From Octopus vulgaris (Eukaryota), in contig OX597822.1 of the NCBI GenBank assembly GCA_951406725.2, forward strand, positions 86,490,001-86,554,000: a stretch of DNA of 64,000 nucleotides. Direction: 5' to 3'. This document shows positions 1 through 14,664 of the stretch, one piece after another. Each line of letters opens with the position of its first letter. Positions within the stretch are counted from its first letter, which is position 1. The notes beneath the pieces were generated by a model, which saw nothing but the letters and a program-made list of their open reading frames with translations, had not been told where the DNA came from and ran no database searches. The translations under genes and the position numbers were made by a program.

Positions 1-1377
1 ACGTTCGGATGGTTTTCTTGTGTGCCACCGTACTGGTATCACAAAGATACAAATTCCATTGATGTTCATCTATTTTGATTTGTTTTGATTTTCACTTGCC
101 TCAAAAGGTCTTCACAAGTGTCACAAGAAGGAAGAAAGGTATGCACAGGTGGACTGACTACCTCCCAGGTAGGGGCCACGGATTATGGCCTGACTAGTCT
201 TGCCGGGTCTTCGGATGGTGTTTTTATGTGCCACCGACACAGGTGCCAGATGAGGCTGGCAAACGGCCACGATCGGATGGTGTTTGTTACTTGCCCATAG
301 CACGGAGGCCAGTCGATGCGGTACTGGCTACCGCCACGTTTGGATGGTTTTCTTGTGTGCCACCGGCACCACAAAGATACAAATTCCATTGATGTTCATC
401 TATTTTGATTTGTTTTGATTTGATTTGATTTTCACTTGCCTCAACAGGTCTTCACAAGTGTCACAAGAAGGAAGGAAAGTATGCACAGGTGGACTGACTA
501 CGTCCCAGGTAGGGGCCACGGGTTATGGCCTGACTAGTCTTGCCGGGTCTTCGGATGGTGTTTTTATGTGCCACCGACACAGGTGCCAGATGAGGCTAGT
601 CTTGCCGGGTCTTCGGATGGTGTTTTTATGTGCCACCGACACAGGTGCCATATGAGGCTGGCGAACGGCCACGATCAGGATGGTGTTTGTTATGTGCCCA
701 CAGCACGGAGGCCAGTCGATGCGGTACTGGCTACGGCCACGTTCAGATGGTTTTCTTGTGTGCCACCGGCACTGGTATCACAAAGATACAAATTCCATTG
801 ATGTTCATCTATTTTGATTTGTTTTGATTTGATTTTCACTTGTCTCAAAAGGTCTTCACAAGTGTCACAAGAAGGAAGAAAGGTATGCACAGGTGGACTG
901 ACTACGTCCCAGGTAGGGGCCACGGGTTATGGCCTGACTAGTCTTGCCGGGTCTTCGGATGGTGTTTTTATGTGCCAACGACACAGGTGCCAGATGAGGC
1001 TGGCGAACGGCCACGATCGGATGGTGTTTGTTACGTGCCCACAGCACGGAGGCCAGTCGATGCGGTAGTGGCTACCGCCACGTTCGGATGGTTTTCTTGA
1101 TGGTGTTTTTATGTGCCAACGACACAGGTGCCAGATGAGGCTGGCGAACGGCCACGATCGGATGGTGTTTGTTACGTGCCCACAGCACAGAGGCCAGTCG
1201 ATGCGGTAGTGGCTACCGCCACGTTCGGATGGTTTTCTTGATGGTGTTTTTATGTGCCAACGACACAGGTGCCAGATGAGGCTGGCGAACGGCCACGATC
1301 GGATGGTGTTTGTTACGTGCCCACAGCACGGAGGCCAGTCGATGCGGTAGTGGCTACCGCCACGTTCGGATGGTTTC
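1..1377 (-). repeat. Tandem array built from RTE-LINE 3'-UTR-like modules
   Basis: CAAAGATACAAATTCCATTG recurs at ~42, 372 and 781. GATGGTGTTTTTATGTGCCAACGAC recurs at 958, 1099 and 1240 (141-bp period). The modules resemble the 3' region of the RTE copy at 42324-42990 (ttcacttgcctcaacagg, ccacgatcggat, cggatggtg). Confidence 0.8.
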
Positions 1378-2443
1378 AATAAAGAAAATGGACAGCACTT
1401 ACAGTACTACTTATTTAGACATTTTACAATCTCAAACATTTCAGTGAAAATACAATTTCAAAGGAATTGTATTTCATGGATCTCTGTTCTACAATTTCTA
1501 CAATTTTATAGTTTTTAAAATAATCATGAAACTTCTACACATAGTGGTAAGTGCATTTATTAAATAAGTGTATTTATTAAACAATTGTAGCGTGGAAGGT
1601 GTTTATAAGCCATTTAAAAACAAACAAAAACCGTTAGTATACATATAAAAATGTGCGTGCGTGTGTGTGTATATATATATAGGAGAATTTGTTTTTGAAA
1701 ATACACCTGGAATTGAAAAATTGTTTCTAAATAAATTTATTTACATACATGCTAATTTCAACAATTTTTTGTTTATCAATGCTATAAACATATAAACAAA
1801 GGGATTTTAACAATTTAAAATTGCCAAGTAGAAAACATGTTCATGCTCACAAAATTCAATGACAAGGGTAGATAAAATCAAAAAATGATTGGCAAAGAAT
1901 ATAAAAAATGTAGATTATTAAAAGTTCATATCTCTCTCTATGGTTTACTACTACAAGAACACACAGGCCAAAATTAACTTTTTTACTTCGCATGCTCTTC
2001 GGTTTCATCACCTGCCCTTTGAGGCAAGGTATTGTATAACGTAACGGTAAAAATAAATATTTTCTTCACAACTTCAATGACTGTTCTTTCATCTTTACAT
2101 AATGGCAATCAACGAAGAACTGATCCTTACAAACTGATTATGATGCTGACATTCTCTCCTACTGTGTTTCAACTATCATTTACCACGCTATCATTTCCCA
2201 TATTATCATTTACCATAATATCGTTACACGAAGTTAATCTTTATTGTTACAATTTAATTTCAACCATACAAATTCACAAACTTCTACCATTACAAACTGT
2301 TACATGTGTAAAATAAAATGTGAAAATTTAAAATCTTATTTCATAAGCAGAGACACCTAGCAGCATATTTATTAAGTTGTTTATTATTCATTCTGTATGA
2401 GTTAATTATTTTGACATGTTCACATTCTGATATTATTTTACAG

Positions 2444-2528
2444 AAAGAGAAAAGAAAACACTAGCAAAAAATTCCAGGAATGTACAAAACATGAAGAGAT
2501 TTGTGATGCTTTTGATAAATTGGTGAAG
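2444..2528 (+). CDS. Patatin-like/EF-hand gene 1, internal coding exon a
   Basis: ttttacag acceptor and AAG|gttagt donor. Open frame KRKENTSKKFQECTKHEEICDAFDKLVK ends in phase 0, matching the next exon. Confidence 0.65.
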
Positions 2529-4232
2529 GTTAGTATTTTCAAACATGTAAAAAGTATGGAAATTATTGAATATATTAGAATATTTATATTATTGTAGAAT
2601 ATGCAAATTAATTTCTTGTGGAAGTCCGTGGGCTTAGATTTATACAAAAATAAGGAAATTAACATTATGTGGTGTTTGTGCATTTCCCAAGGATGCTAAC
2701 AATGTAAAAGAAATGAAAAGACTGAGAATCAGGTTTGGAAAATATGACTTTACCATGAGCCATCACAAACACAGTTTGGAATAAATGTTGACTCTACAAA
2801 CTGCTCTTGTATTTTTTTAAGAATTAATATCAGTGAGATTCTGATAAATTTAGGATAATTAATTCTGATTACTTTGTGCAATTATAAAAGAATATACTTA
2901 GTTGTTGAACAATGTGGTTATGAGGTTGGGTCAGGTGTGGGGTCATGCACTGTTGCAGTGCATGACCCCTACGTTCAACATTTGTTGGTATATTCCTGGG
3001 TCTTCCGAAGAACCCATCAAGCAGAATCCCAGTCAGTCCCCATCTCTACAAGATACCTCCTCATCTGGGAAAATAGGAGAGAAAGGTAGAGGAAAACAGT
3101 AGGTGGGGTACAGTAAGGGCTAGAGGGCATCCTAGAAATTTAAGGGTGGGTAGTGAGATAAGAGGTGTTGGATAGCAATAGAAGTCACCTGGCAGAGTGT
3201 GCTGTTTAGTGGTAGAACAGGTTGAGTATAATAGATGAAATGGAGTGGGAGGATGTAACATGATGGGACAGTCAGATGAGTTTGGTGAGGAATAAATTTA
3301 CTTAGAGACAGACAGACATGTGTAATTCTCTGGCTTGCCAAACTATCCACCCCATGCCAGTATGCAAAGTTGATGTTAAATGATGATGATGATATATTAA
3401 GGTGCATTTTGCCATGGGTGGAAAGGTCTTCTGTAGCACCACATATCTCCGATCAGCAAGGTTTTTATCATCTCCTCCACAAGAAGCTATATTTTCAAGT
3501 AGTATTCACCACTCCAACCCAAGTCCTTCTTGGTGTTCCTCTTTCACAAACTTGGAATACTCAGCCTCCATGTACATCACATACTTGTCCTCATGCAGTA
3601 CTCCTCCTTGCACCTCTACCCCTGATTTCTCTCATACCCAGTTTTTCTCTTGGCTTTATGGCATGTTACCTTTATTTCTTTCTAATCTTCACAAGTTTTC
3701 TGCATTCAAGGCTCATGTCTCAAACCATACAACATGAATGACACTTCTAACACAATTCATATCATTCGCCCCTCACTCTTATCAGAAAAGCAACTGTAGT
3801 GGCTCCAAGAACTTTTTATCCAACTCATTTTTATTCTGATTAATTTCAGAGCAACCATTTCCTCTGATAATTACATCTCCTAATAATAGAAGCTACCAAC
3901 TACTTTTAACGAGCCATTCAGCATTTAAGAGATCCAATTTTGAGTGTTGGGCCTCATAGAGTAAATGACCAAGACCTTTGGCATTATGTTGTGCTTGAGA
4001 AGAAGATGCATCAAGCCAAGTAAAATCGCAGTTGTGGCAGATACCGGTGTCATGCAAATTGCACCCATGGCAGTGGCATGTAAAAGTACCCATTACATTC
4101 TCAGAATGGTTGGCATTAGGAAGGGCATCCAGCCGTAGAAACCATGCCAAATCAGATTGGAGTTCAGCTTAACAGCCCTGGTCAAACTGTCCAATCCATG
4201 CCAGCATGGACAACGGACACTAAATGATGATG

Positions 4233-6430
4233 TGTTCATGGCCTGTATTGTTCCAGGGCATTTGTCACATGTGAAGCTCACATTCTCTGACAGTCTGCCT
4301 GTGGTTTTGCTACACCTCTTGTGCATCTGTAGTTTGCATTGGGTACAGTAAGTAGAGTTTACACTTACAGCTCAATTCCCTGAAGATACAAGAAACTGGT
4401 CATTTTTCCCATAGACTAGTCTGTGTTAGGTTTACCTGAGGCTTCTTAATTCTAGGTTTAGCCTGCAATTTCTTCTCTAATTCTATATAGATTTGTTCCC
4501 AAGCCAGTCTTAGACTCTCCTATGATACCTGAAAGACTATAATGAGTAGGGGAGAACTGAAGACTGAACTTTGATAAACTTCTGCCTTCACACTAAATTT
4601 ATCATTGAAATTGTTGTTGACCCTCACTTACTGCATCCTTGTCCAAAGTTTGTACAATCCTCACAAGACATTTATCAACACCTAGTTTCCTCACTGACTA
4701 ACGAATTACTGAATGTGGTACCCTGTTGAATACATCTCCAAAACAATGACAACTAGAAACAGCAGTCTATTCCTAGCCAAGTATTTTTTCTGTAATTGCC
4801 TTTCAGGGTACAAAATTAAACTGCATCTCATCTCTATTTACTCTGTTATGGATTAATTATGCTATGACTCTCTTTATTACCTTCATAATTGGATCTCATA
4901 GTTTGAGTCTTCTACAATTTCCTCTCTTGAAGGCATCTCTTTTGCCTTTGTAGCAGTTTATGATGCTGTTGCTGTGCCAATCACTGAGAATGACACTCGG
5001 CTGGGTTACTTGATTAACTACGTGGATTGTTACCATGTCTGCTGCTACCTCACCTCATACTTCGAGCATCTTCACTACTATCCCTGATGGTCCTGCATTT
5101 TCCCTTCCGTTCATATGTTTGTTTTATTTACCACGTTGATATCAACTTGATTTGCATCTTCCTCTGTACGTTCAGCATGAAGTAGGCCCTCTTTATTCCA
5201 TGCATTCTCCATATTCAACAGATCCTCGTTATAACACTTCCATTCCACTATGTCATCTTCAAGTGATGAAAAGTGTATCTTTGTCACTTTCAATGCACTT
5301 TTCACCAGTGACACATTGGGTCTCTTTAACACATTGTCTTATAATTCTGAATACATCATTCCTTTGATCCTAATGTTGCAGGACATGTGTAAGTCTCTTC
5401 CTTTGTGCTTCACCCTTAACCAAGTATACCTATCATTTAGTTGTCCCTCTATCTGTTTGACAATGTTCTCTGCTACCATTTTCCTTCCAGGTTTTCCAAT
5501 TCTCTTAGCTTTTACAGTCCCATCAACCATATCAAACCTTTGACTGGGACTTTACACCATCCACACATTTGATATGGAACTCTAAGCAGGTTATTACTGT
5601 CTGTGCTAAATTTTTCTTCCTACAATTAATTTAGAAATACTCTAAACTTATTCCCAATCGTGGGTTCTTCTAGTTTCCATACTTTCCCTCACCATATTGT
5701 TCCTCTGTTTCTGTGTAACTCTGACTCTGAAGCCACCATCTACTAACCTATGTTGCATCATGCATTCTTTACCAGGAAAAGTTCCTGTATTCACAACAGC
5801 CTCTCTATCATGTTTCCTTCTGAGAATGTAATCTGTCTGACTTTGGTTTATGTATTTCCCAGCTTGGTAGGTGATGATGTAGTTGGTGCCTTTCTTGAAG
5901 TCTGTGTTGCAAATTGTTAGATCACATGTATCACAGAACTCTAAGAGTCTTTCATCCTCTTCATTTCTTGAATCATACCCATAGTCTCTATATATCATAT
6001 AAGTTGTCATTGCGTTGGCCAACATGCCAGCTGGAATCACCAGTCATGATGATGAAGTTACTATCAGTCATTATTGAGTTTGTCTGCAGAAGAGTCTCAT
6101 AGAAGTGGTCATTCTGTTCTTCTGTCAATCCTGAGTGTGGGGTGTATGTAGTAATAAATGTTGCTGTTGAGTTGCCTCTTAACTAGATCTCTCCTTAATT
6201 ATCCTATGGCACACTCTGACTGCCTCAGTTACTTTATCCATTTCTCATTTAATTATATGCCAACCCAACTCATACCATCACTATTTCTCAACCAGAACAA
6301 TTTGTACTGCTGTGTCTTGTCTGTGAGGAGTTTGGTTAAGGATGCTTTCCATCTAACATTTTGCACACATCTACTAATCTATGCTTAAGCATATCTACAG
6401 TCTCACTAGATCTAACTTTGATCATGCCTT
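4233..6430 (-). mobile_element. Degraded RTE-clade LINE (APE endonuclease + RT remnants)
   Basis: ORF 5648-6040 YDSRNEEDERLLEFCDTCDLTICNTDFKK...SQTDYIL is an APE C-terminus. HKRCS..FTCDKC matches the Cys cluster in the younger RTE at 43495-43773. Many stops and frameshifts. Confidence 0.8.
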
Positions 6431-6439
6431 ATTAAATGT

Positions 6440-6897
6440 CAGTGCTGGATTAACCCATTAAGCAAAATAAGCACGTGCTTAGGGCTTCAAGGGACAGGGG
6501 GACCACAGAAATGGAAATGGTTTACGGCACAAAAGAAATCACTTTAAACTTGCTAAAATAACATTCGTAATGCCTTATCTCTACTAAGTATAGAAGCAGA
6601 AGTTTTACATAAATCTAATTTTAATGATATCATCAAACACTTTGCAATAAAAAAAAAAAAAAAAACGAAGGAGAAAACTTTTCAAATACAAATAAAATGG
6701 AAGCATACAAAAATAAACATTATTTTCCATCTTGCTGTGAATTTTGTTTCATTTTGAAAAATAAAAATTTATTTTATGGTTTATTATCGTTTACATTTTG
6801 AATTATTTTTGTTTACATTTTGAACCATTTACATATACTTAAGGGCACCCAAACCTTTTAAGTGCTTGGGGCCTCTATGGGTCTTAATCTGAGCCTG
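6440..6897. mobile_element. Non-autonomous hAT-like MITE
   Basis: Imperfect TIRs CAGTGCTGGATTAA ... TTAATCTGAGCCTG. TSD is not clean. Confidence 0.5.
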
Positions 6898-7184
6898 TCA
6901 ATGGTTATAACCCTAAAGTTTTGGAAGTGACAGGAAGTGGTAGGATGGAGTTTTAGTGGTAAAGTTGTGTGTTTGTGTATTGACTGCTGTTTGATGCCTT
7001 GTATCTACCAGGTATAAAAAAGCTTATAACACATGACCATGTTTGTCCATTCATGTAATTTGCTTTCATTCAGTTATTCTCCATCACATGCTCTACATAC
7101 CACTATAAGTACCCCTCTGCTTCATTGTATTTCCATTAAGACTGGTACTTTAATAGAAATTAAATTTTATTAAAATAAAAGCTG

Positions 7185-7614
7185 GCATCCGTACTAGTGG
7201 AGCGCTAAGAGTACCATCCGAGCGTGATCATTGCCAGAGCAGCTGACTGGCTTCCGTGCTGGTGGCACATAAAAAACACCATTTGAGCGTGATCGTTACC
7301 TTACTGGTACTTGTGCTGGTGGCACGTGAAAAACATTTGAGCAAGGTCATTACCAGTGCCATTGGACTGGCTCCTGTGCAGGCGGCACATAAAAAACACC
7401 ATTTGAGCATGACCGTTGCCAGTACTGCCTGACTGGCCCTCATGCTGGTGGCATGTAAAAGCACCCACTACACTGTCAGAGTGGTTGGCGTTAAGAAGAG
7501 CATCCAGCTGTAGAAACTCTGCCATATCAGATTGGAGCCTGGTGCAGCCATCTGGTTCACCAGTCCTCAGTCAAATCGTCCAACCCATGCCAGCATGGAA
7601 AGTAGATATTAAAC

Positions 7615-7648
<34 letters not shown>
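7185..7648 (+). mobile_element. RTE 3'-end fragment/tail-derived SINE with (ATG)n tail
   Basis: Internal repeats aaaaaacaccatttgagc. Ends catgccagcatggaaagtagatattaaac(gat)n, the same tail as the RTE at 42324. Confidence 0.75.
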
Positions 7649-7650
<2 letters not shown>

Positions 7651-7684
7651 AAGCTATGTAGTAATTATATTTTTATTATTTCAG

Positions 7685-7753
7685 GCCATTGCTAAACATA
7701 ACCCACAACACCGAAGAACCATTGATATGAAAATGTTAACTGCTGCCTTACTT
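7685..7753 (+). CDS. Patatin-like/EF-hand gene 1, exon b
   Basis: tttcag acceptor and gtgagt donor; 69 nt; AIAKHNPQHRRTIDMKMLTAALL. Confidence 0.75.
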
Positions 7754-7989
7754 GTGAGTATTATACTTAAGAAATGTAGGCTTCTAAAATGATATTAATC
7801 TGAAATACCTGTCTTTTGAATGGTTTGTTTCTTGTCTTCTAAAATTTCACATTTTATTTCTGTATTTTTTATCCATTTCATGGCCAAAGGAATCTAACTC
7901 GACTGCACTGTAATATGTAGGTTTAAACCAATGTAAGTGGGACTTGAAGAATCAAAAAAAAACCTGGACAGTAAAGAATATGTCTTCTG

Positions 7990-9140
7990 CCTGTTTAGTC
8001 ATGTCTGCTAAGCAGTCTCTTTTGCAAGGGGGTGGCCACCAGACAGGAAAACTTCCTGTTATAGTTGATCAAAGGAAGGTGGCAGGGTGATGCTCACAAT
8101 GGACTTTGCTATCAGCTGAATATGTCTCACATGCGACAATACTGGTCAACATAACTCTACAAGTCAACATTGCTTGGACATTGAACCAATGTATTTAAAA
8201 TGATTTAATTGACCTACACATTTCTGAGACAAAAGTCTGGCTGATGGTGCAACAGTGCCTGTAGAGTTTATCCAAAATTGGCAATACTCCTCTTCAACAG
8301 CAGACCAGGGATTCTTTGAAGTTGTCCATAGTCTTTGTGTTGAAAGTTATTTGGAACAGGCTGTTCAGTAAATTACCGAGAGTCTCCTTGACAATGGTTT
8401 CATACAGGCTCACCACTCTGCACCCCCACCCCATTTCCCCATAGAATGTAAGCATTGATGTAACACTGACTATGTTGTTCCACTGACAAACAACTGTGGG
8501 AGCCTGATAACATTTCTGAAACCCAGTTTTGGTCTTTGCCTGACCTGCGAATAGACAAACTGCAAGAAATTATGCTTCACAAACTAAAACTTTTAAGTAT
8601 CCAGGAGCAATGCAAATTCTGCAGCTTTAATGCATGTCCATGTATCATTAGATTCAACACACCACCTCTTCAACCTGCAGCAGAGGGACCTTTTGACCAT
8701 TAGATTGCATCTCTTTCATAAGAAGCAAAAGATCATGTGCTCAAATAAAAATTCAGACAAGGCATAAGGTCTGATTGTAATAAAGGACATTCCTGTGTTT
8801 GCTATCTTCACTGCAAGCTCTCTACGAGAACTTTTTAGCCTACTTATGGTTGAAACTGACCACTTGTGACCTCATCTTATCCACCTGGAGGTTGGACGAC
8901 ATTTAGCCCAGTGATTCATAATGTTGGTTAGCATGAACTTGCCTTTCTAGGTGCCAAGCTGCACCCACAGACGTCTGGTCAATGCATGCTCCTGTTGCCA
9001 TCTCATAATCACGGTGCCAATCATTTTGATTTCTTGATGTTCATTACAGTTCTCATATGCCAATACAGTAATCCCTTGCCATATTGTGGTTTGCCTATCG
9101 CACACTCAGTACATTGTGGTTTACCTGTTGCACACTCAGT
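7990..9140 (-). mobile_element. Highly degraded non-LTR RT remnant (R2/CRE-like, tentative)
   Basis: Minus-strand GVQSGEP (~8408-8427) resembles the GVxQGDP RT motif. CxxC..H text near 9050-9140 with a 30-bp tandem duplication. Confidence 0.35.
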
Positions 9141-9533
9141 ACATCGGGGATTTTTCTGGCTAATATGTAAATTTATATTGCAGACTCCTCAGTATATCAC
9201 AGGTTTCTGTAGCCGATAGTTATTTATATTTTCTTAGATCTTAATTATTTAAGTGGGATGTTTTGGAATGTAACATTCACAATAGTCAAGGGATTATTGT
9301 ATGGCTTTTCACAGTTCAAGTGGGACATTCCTCAACACCCAGCAATGGCTGAAGAATTAAAAACAGTGACAAGAGAAGATAGCATTGATCAAGAATGGGA
9401 TTTGAAATAGTTAGGATTGGTGGCTATTTATTGTGACCATTGAGCTGATGTCACTTTCAATCCACCTTCTAGAAACAGGATCAGGACCAAAGTTTTGTTT
9501 TATTTATAGAAAATGCTCTACTTATATATAGAG

Positions 9534-10350
9534 ATAGCTGACATACCTGGTACTTACCGGGAAAGCGGGGCTTATCCCTTGGTTCCGTTCTCATAATTGT
9601 TTCACTAATCCAATAGCAACAATACAAAGAATGTAACCTTTAAAACAGTTTTTGTGCATCTACAGAGAATACCAAACTGTCTTACACAGGATCTTGTTTT
9701 TAGGAATTCCCAATAAGTTATGAATACCCAAATTGTGAAATCAGTTATGTAATAACATTAAATCGATTATCCGATGATAAGAATTCAAATAAAGTAGCCC
9801 CAAAAAGGGCTTTAATGCATCCCCAGAGTATATAGAACATAGGAGGAAATACTAATTAGGTATGTATACTAAAATCATGGAGCATGTTACGTAATAACAG
9901 GCTAATCAGATATGAGATAATAGCAATTCAAAGTAAGTAACTCTGAAAAGGGGTCTTGTGCATTCACAGAGAATATTACCCTTAGGGGCGCTAGTGTTGG
10001 TATATTCATGAATAAGTCACTAACCAAAATAAGTGGATCTATTGTTTAGGAAAATACTATTTACTTGTTTAAGGGTTGTACTGGAGAAATTGCGAAAATA
10101 ACTCTAACAGTCAAATACTAAGAAATAAGCATACTCAATTTCATTTTTACCAAATAATTTAGGAAAATGAATGGGTTATTTCTTTTGGCTATATATAAGG
10201 ATCCCTTCCAGAGCCCCTATTATCGATGTTTTCAACAATCTGAGTATGCCATGAGGTTTCCAGGCATGAGTTCTACTCACGTGTCATGTTTCATGAAAAT
10301 CGATAAAACGATGTAGGAAGTTAGCTAACAAGTCCACAAACAAAATTTCT
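9534..10350 (-). mobile_element. Non-autonomous Helitron-like element
   Basis: About 450 bp homologous to 56956-57402. Subterminal hairpin cctggta-ct-taccggg lies near the end that reads CTAG(T) on the minus strand in the sister copy. Confidence 0.6.
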
Positions 10351-10424
10351 CACATATGTAGTAGATACGTATGTATGAATGCATATATGTATTCTCTGTG
10401 TGTATATATAAATGGATTAATATA

Positions 10425-10544
<120 letters not shown>

Positions 10545-11006
10545 TTTTTCTTTTAATGGTGCAAATGTTTGCTGCTGTTTTGTATGCTGCCTAAGCCTTA
10601 TGTTTCCTGTAACCAACATAGGACAACTACTGTATTGATGACTGCCATTTAATTGTCTTCCCATCTCCAGAAAAAAAAAAAAAACCAACTGCTTTTCTAT
10701 AATGTTACACCAATTCTGGGAAATTCTTTATTCTTGAGATTATCTCCACTTCTCCTTCAGTGTTACTAAAGTTTCACCAGGCATTTGTTTACCTTCTCTC
10801 AAAATAAAGACAGCTTCAATTAAATCAAGAATTTATCTTGTACAGCACTTAATATATGTTACTTTGGGTTTGTTGTCCAAATTCAGGCCACTGACCACTC
10901 AGAATTAGTTCTTCTAATTCATTTTTGTGATGTACAGATATAGGTTAAATACCATTGTTGTATTAATTATAACAGATAATTTTACTAATGATTTTCATTC
11001 GTTTAG

Positions 11007-11117
11007 GATCCTGAGCTAAATTACCAAGACCACATCCTCCTGTTTGACAAAGTTGTTACAAGTGAACATGATATTGAGTATGTCTTTGATTATTTGGACA
11101 CTAATCAGAACAATGAG
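11007..11117 (+). CDS. Patatin-like/EF-hand gene 1, exon c (first half of EF-hand)
   Basis: gtttag acceptor and GAG|gtaaga donor; 111 nt; DPELNYQDHILLFDKVVTSEHDIEYVFDYLDTNQNNE. Confidence 0.85.
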
Positions 11118-12164
11118 GTAAGATTTGATTAATCACATCACAAATAAATATACCACTGTTTTACACACACACACCACACACAGAGGGTGTCTCAAAAATG
11201 CATACTCACTTTTGATAACTAAGTTTTCATTTCTTTCTAGATTTTTACCCTTTGAAAATAATCCTTTCTATAAAAGGTACAATGCCTACAGTGCTGGGGG
11301 AGGGGACTAGTCGATTACATCGACTCCAGTACTTGACTGAGGAGATGACAAAGGAACAAGATAATCAGTACTGCAAAAATTGATATCCCAAAACCACTTG
11401 GAATGCTTATACATGCAGGGCCTTACTCCTACCTCTTTCTCACTGCCCCATCAAGCATTTCCCATGATTCTCATCCCCTAACACCTATCACTCCCTGTGG
11501 TACCACTTGGCTGCTGTAATCAAATGAAAGCAGACTCAGCACATATTACCCTTCTGGTGGTTATGTCCCTCACTCCCCTTGGAACCACTGCCATTCCTGA
11601 TAAGCATCCCTGCCAACACTATTTTTACCAATCACCCCCTTTCTGTGCCTTCAGCCATGGCTCTCTCTCTCTCTCTCCTCTCTTATTTGCTATTATTCTC
11701 AATGCCTTCTCCCATCTATCATCATGGTCTCTTATGTACCTATAACCAACTCCCATCCCTAACTCATTCAAGGTCTGCTTCTTTCTATTCTCCCTATCTC
11801 GGCATCCCTCCCTCCCTGCTACCATTATTCTTTTATTTTATTCCATATCTCTTCCTGTCTTTCTCCATAGTCAGCAACCATCCATAATTTGATTTAATAT
11901 CTACCTAGCAACATATTTGACCACCAGTAGCACCTCCTTTCATTATACTGACCTTACCTTGCCCCCTCCCCTCAACCTTCTGATGCAACTCTTCTACTTC
12001 CATTCATTCCCCACCCTCTGATTACTGCTCTTCCTCTATCTCTATACTCCCCTTCCCTAAGCAGTTTACATCCTCCACCTCTTTACCTGTTACTCCTTTC
12101 TTTCTCTTCTCCCCGTCAGCCTTTAAATCTCTCACACCACTATATGAACTGCTATTGCTAATTC

Positions 12165-12265
12165 TTTCCCTTGATGAAGGAAGCCAGTCTTTGCACATTC
12201 CATCTGCTAATTATGAACATTACAATTACTACCTAAGTCTGAACTTCTAGAAACAGTTGTCGAGT
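12165..12265 (+). ncRNA. Decayed PLE-type hammerhead ribozyme remnant (long stem II)
   Basis: TTGATGA-aggaag...cttcta-GAAAC-agtt-GTC, downstream of a pyrimidine-rich PLE-like 3' region (11400-12160). Confidence 0.45.
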
Positions 12266-13741
12266 TAAAAACTATGCATTATCTCCTTAGTATTCTGTAC
12301 TTTTCACACATTATATAAATTTGTCTTTCCCTATATATTTTTAAAATTTAATTATATTATGTTTTAGTTCCCATTTTTATATATGAATATATACACACTT
12401 TCTATATCAGCCCCACTTTAGCATATAACTAGAACAGAATTTGTAAAAATTTTATAGACAAACACCAAAGAAACTCTACCTTCACAAAACAGAAAGTTTA
12501 AAATTCCTATATACCTATGAAATTACTCATAGAACAATGAACACCTAGAAAGAAACATATAAACATACAACCCTTACTCAAATATTTTCGTGAGCCTCCA
12601 AGCACACAAAGAACAACTTTCTACATACATGAGATAATGATCATTGATTAAGTAATCAGAAGATGGATTGGGGATTAATCTTTATTTTGTTCAACAATCA
12701 TATTGACCCATCCTGCTGCTGTCCCTTATAGGTGGGACTCTGTTCAACATTTTGTGTTGCACCCATTTTGCAGTCTGGGTCACATCAGGTACATCCATAC
12801 ATAAAGTGGTGATATTTGCAAAAACAGATATCAAAACCACATTGCCAGTTTACAAAAAGTCCTTAAACAGTATGCTACATCTCTGGCTGATTTTATCTGG
12901 TGACTTAAGGAAGAGCAGGTAAAATACAATCTGACCTCGTCAATAATTAGACAGACGAGTCCCTATAACACACTGTCCCGGAAATGCCAGCTTTGTTCTG
13001 AGGAATCACTGTCTATAATGTTGACAAAAGAATGAATTATAAATAGATTTGCTGAATAACTACCCAGATGCATGTATACAATTAAACAGACATTCACACA
13101 GTACAGTGTAAACCACACCTAACTAATACAAACCAAACACAAAAAAAAAGACCATTCAAATTCACCACCACCACCCACAATTGATAACTTCATGAACTAC
13201 AACCATGGATCCTATACCAAAGAAGAACGCAACATGTATTTATGGATGTTCATATAGGACAGTTGCAGAATGCAACAGTAGGTCACTAGAATATAGCTTT
13301 TTCAAAAAAATGTAATAGATTAACTAAAGAGACAAAAAATATGATTTATTATGCTTAGATACAGCTATGTTTGTATATGTTCCTATATGACACCTCTGGA
13401 ATGCAACCATGAGTCACTTCAATCTGCAATCATAAAGGTATTAGAGTATAGCTTTTTAAATGAATGTAAAACATGAATTAACAGAAGAGAGAGACAAAAA
13501 TAACCTTACGATGCAGCTGTGTACAAATAAAATAGTCAATAAATAGTTACTGCTTGGAAAACTAACGAAGCAGTAGAAATACATAGATCTAGACAGGAGC
13601 ACATGCACATGTATATGTCTAAGTATATGCGAGTGTGTGCATATATGTGTGTGTGTGTGTACACACATGTATATACATGTATGTATGTGTATATGTGCAT
13701 ATACACACATATATGTAATGAGTATTTGTGTATGCCTGCAA

Positions 13742-13794
<53 letters not shown>

Positions 13795-14664
13795 CACACA
13801 TGTGTATGTATATATAGGAATAAGTGTGTGTGTGTGTGATTCACCCTGAATGATATAGATATAGAACGTATCAAACTGTCTACAAGCAGCCCTAATCTTA
13901 AAGTAACCGTAATGACAAACTTTTAATGAAGTTATCTTCCAACCATAAATCATACAAACCACAGCTAAATTGACCAAATGGACAGGGTGCCAACATCTCT
14001 GTGTGGGTGTATGAGTGCATATATATGCATCCCGACTTAAGCTAGCAAGCAAAACAACCTTTAGCTCACTAAACACTTTAGCCTGCATATATATCTTTTT
14101 CCTTTCTCTTCCTCTTTCTGCTACCATTCCTTTGTCTTAAAACCTAATGTAACCCAATCCCTCCCAGTCCATCTCCTAATCACTTCCCCTGCAAAAAATA
14201 TTTTCTTTTTTTTTCTTTCTTATCAACTGTTATTTGCTTATATTTACAAATGTTTACAATTTTTGTTATGGAAAGTTAATAGTAATGGAAATTGTAGCAA
14301 TGTTTCATGGGCTAAACTCGGGATCTTTAGTGAAACACCACTTTAGGCATGGATGTACCTGATGCGACCCAGACTGCAAAATGGATGCAGCATATGTTAA
14401 CCGGAGTCCCACCCATAAGGGACAGTAGCATGGGTTGAAACAATTGTTGTACAAAAAGATTAATACCAAATCTATCTTCTGGTTACTTAATTATCATTAT
14501 CTCAACTAACACTGCAGAGTTCCTGAAGTAGATCCAACAGAAACACACCCCAACTGCAGATGACACCAGGAAGCCCCAACCATGCTACTGCTCTACTCAA
14601 TACTTCAACACACTATTCGACATATACCCATTAGTCCAAAATATTAAATATATATGTATATATA

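Noticed and set aside
1-1377. CRISPR-like array
   Set aside because: Units repeat in full with no unique spacers; eukaryotic context and no cas genes.
2902-2924. Possible micro-exon (ag...GAG|gttggg)
   Set aside because: 23 nt would shift the frame between two phase-0 junctions, and the acceptor lacks a pyrimidine tract.
13456-14127. 223-aa ORF and similar YIYI/HTHT ORFs (10371, 33135, 55379)
   Set aside because: Translations of TA/CA microsatellites.
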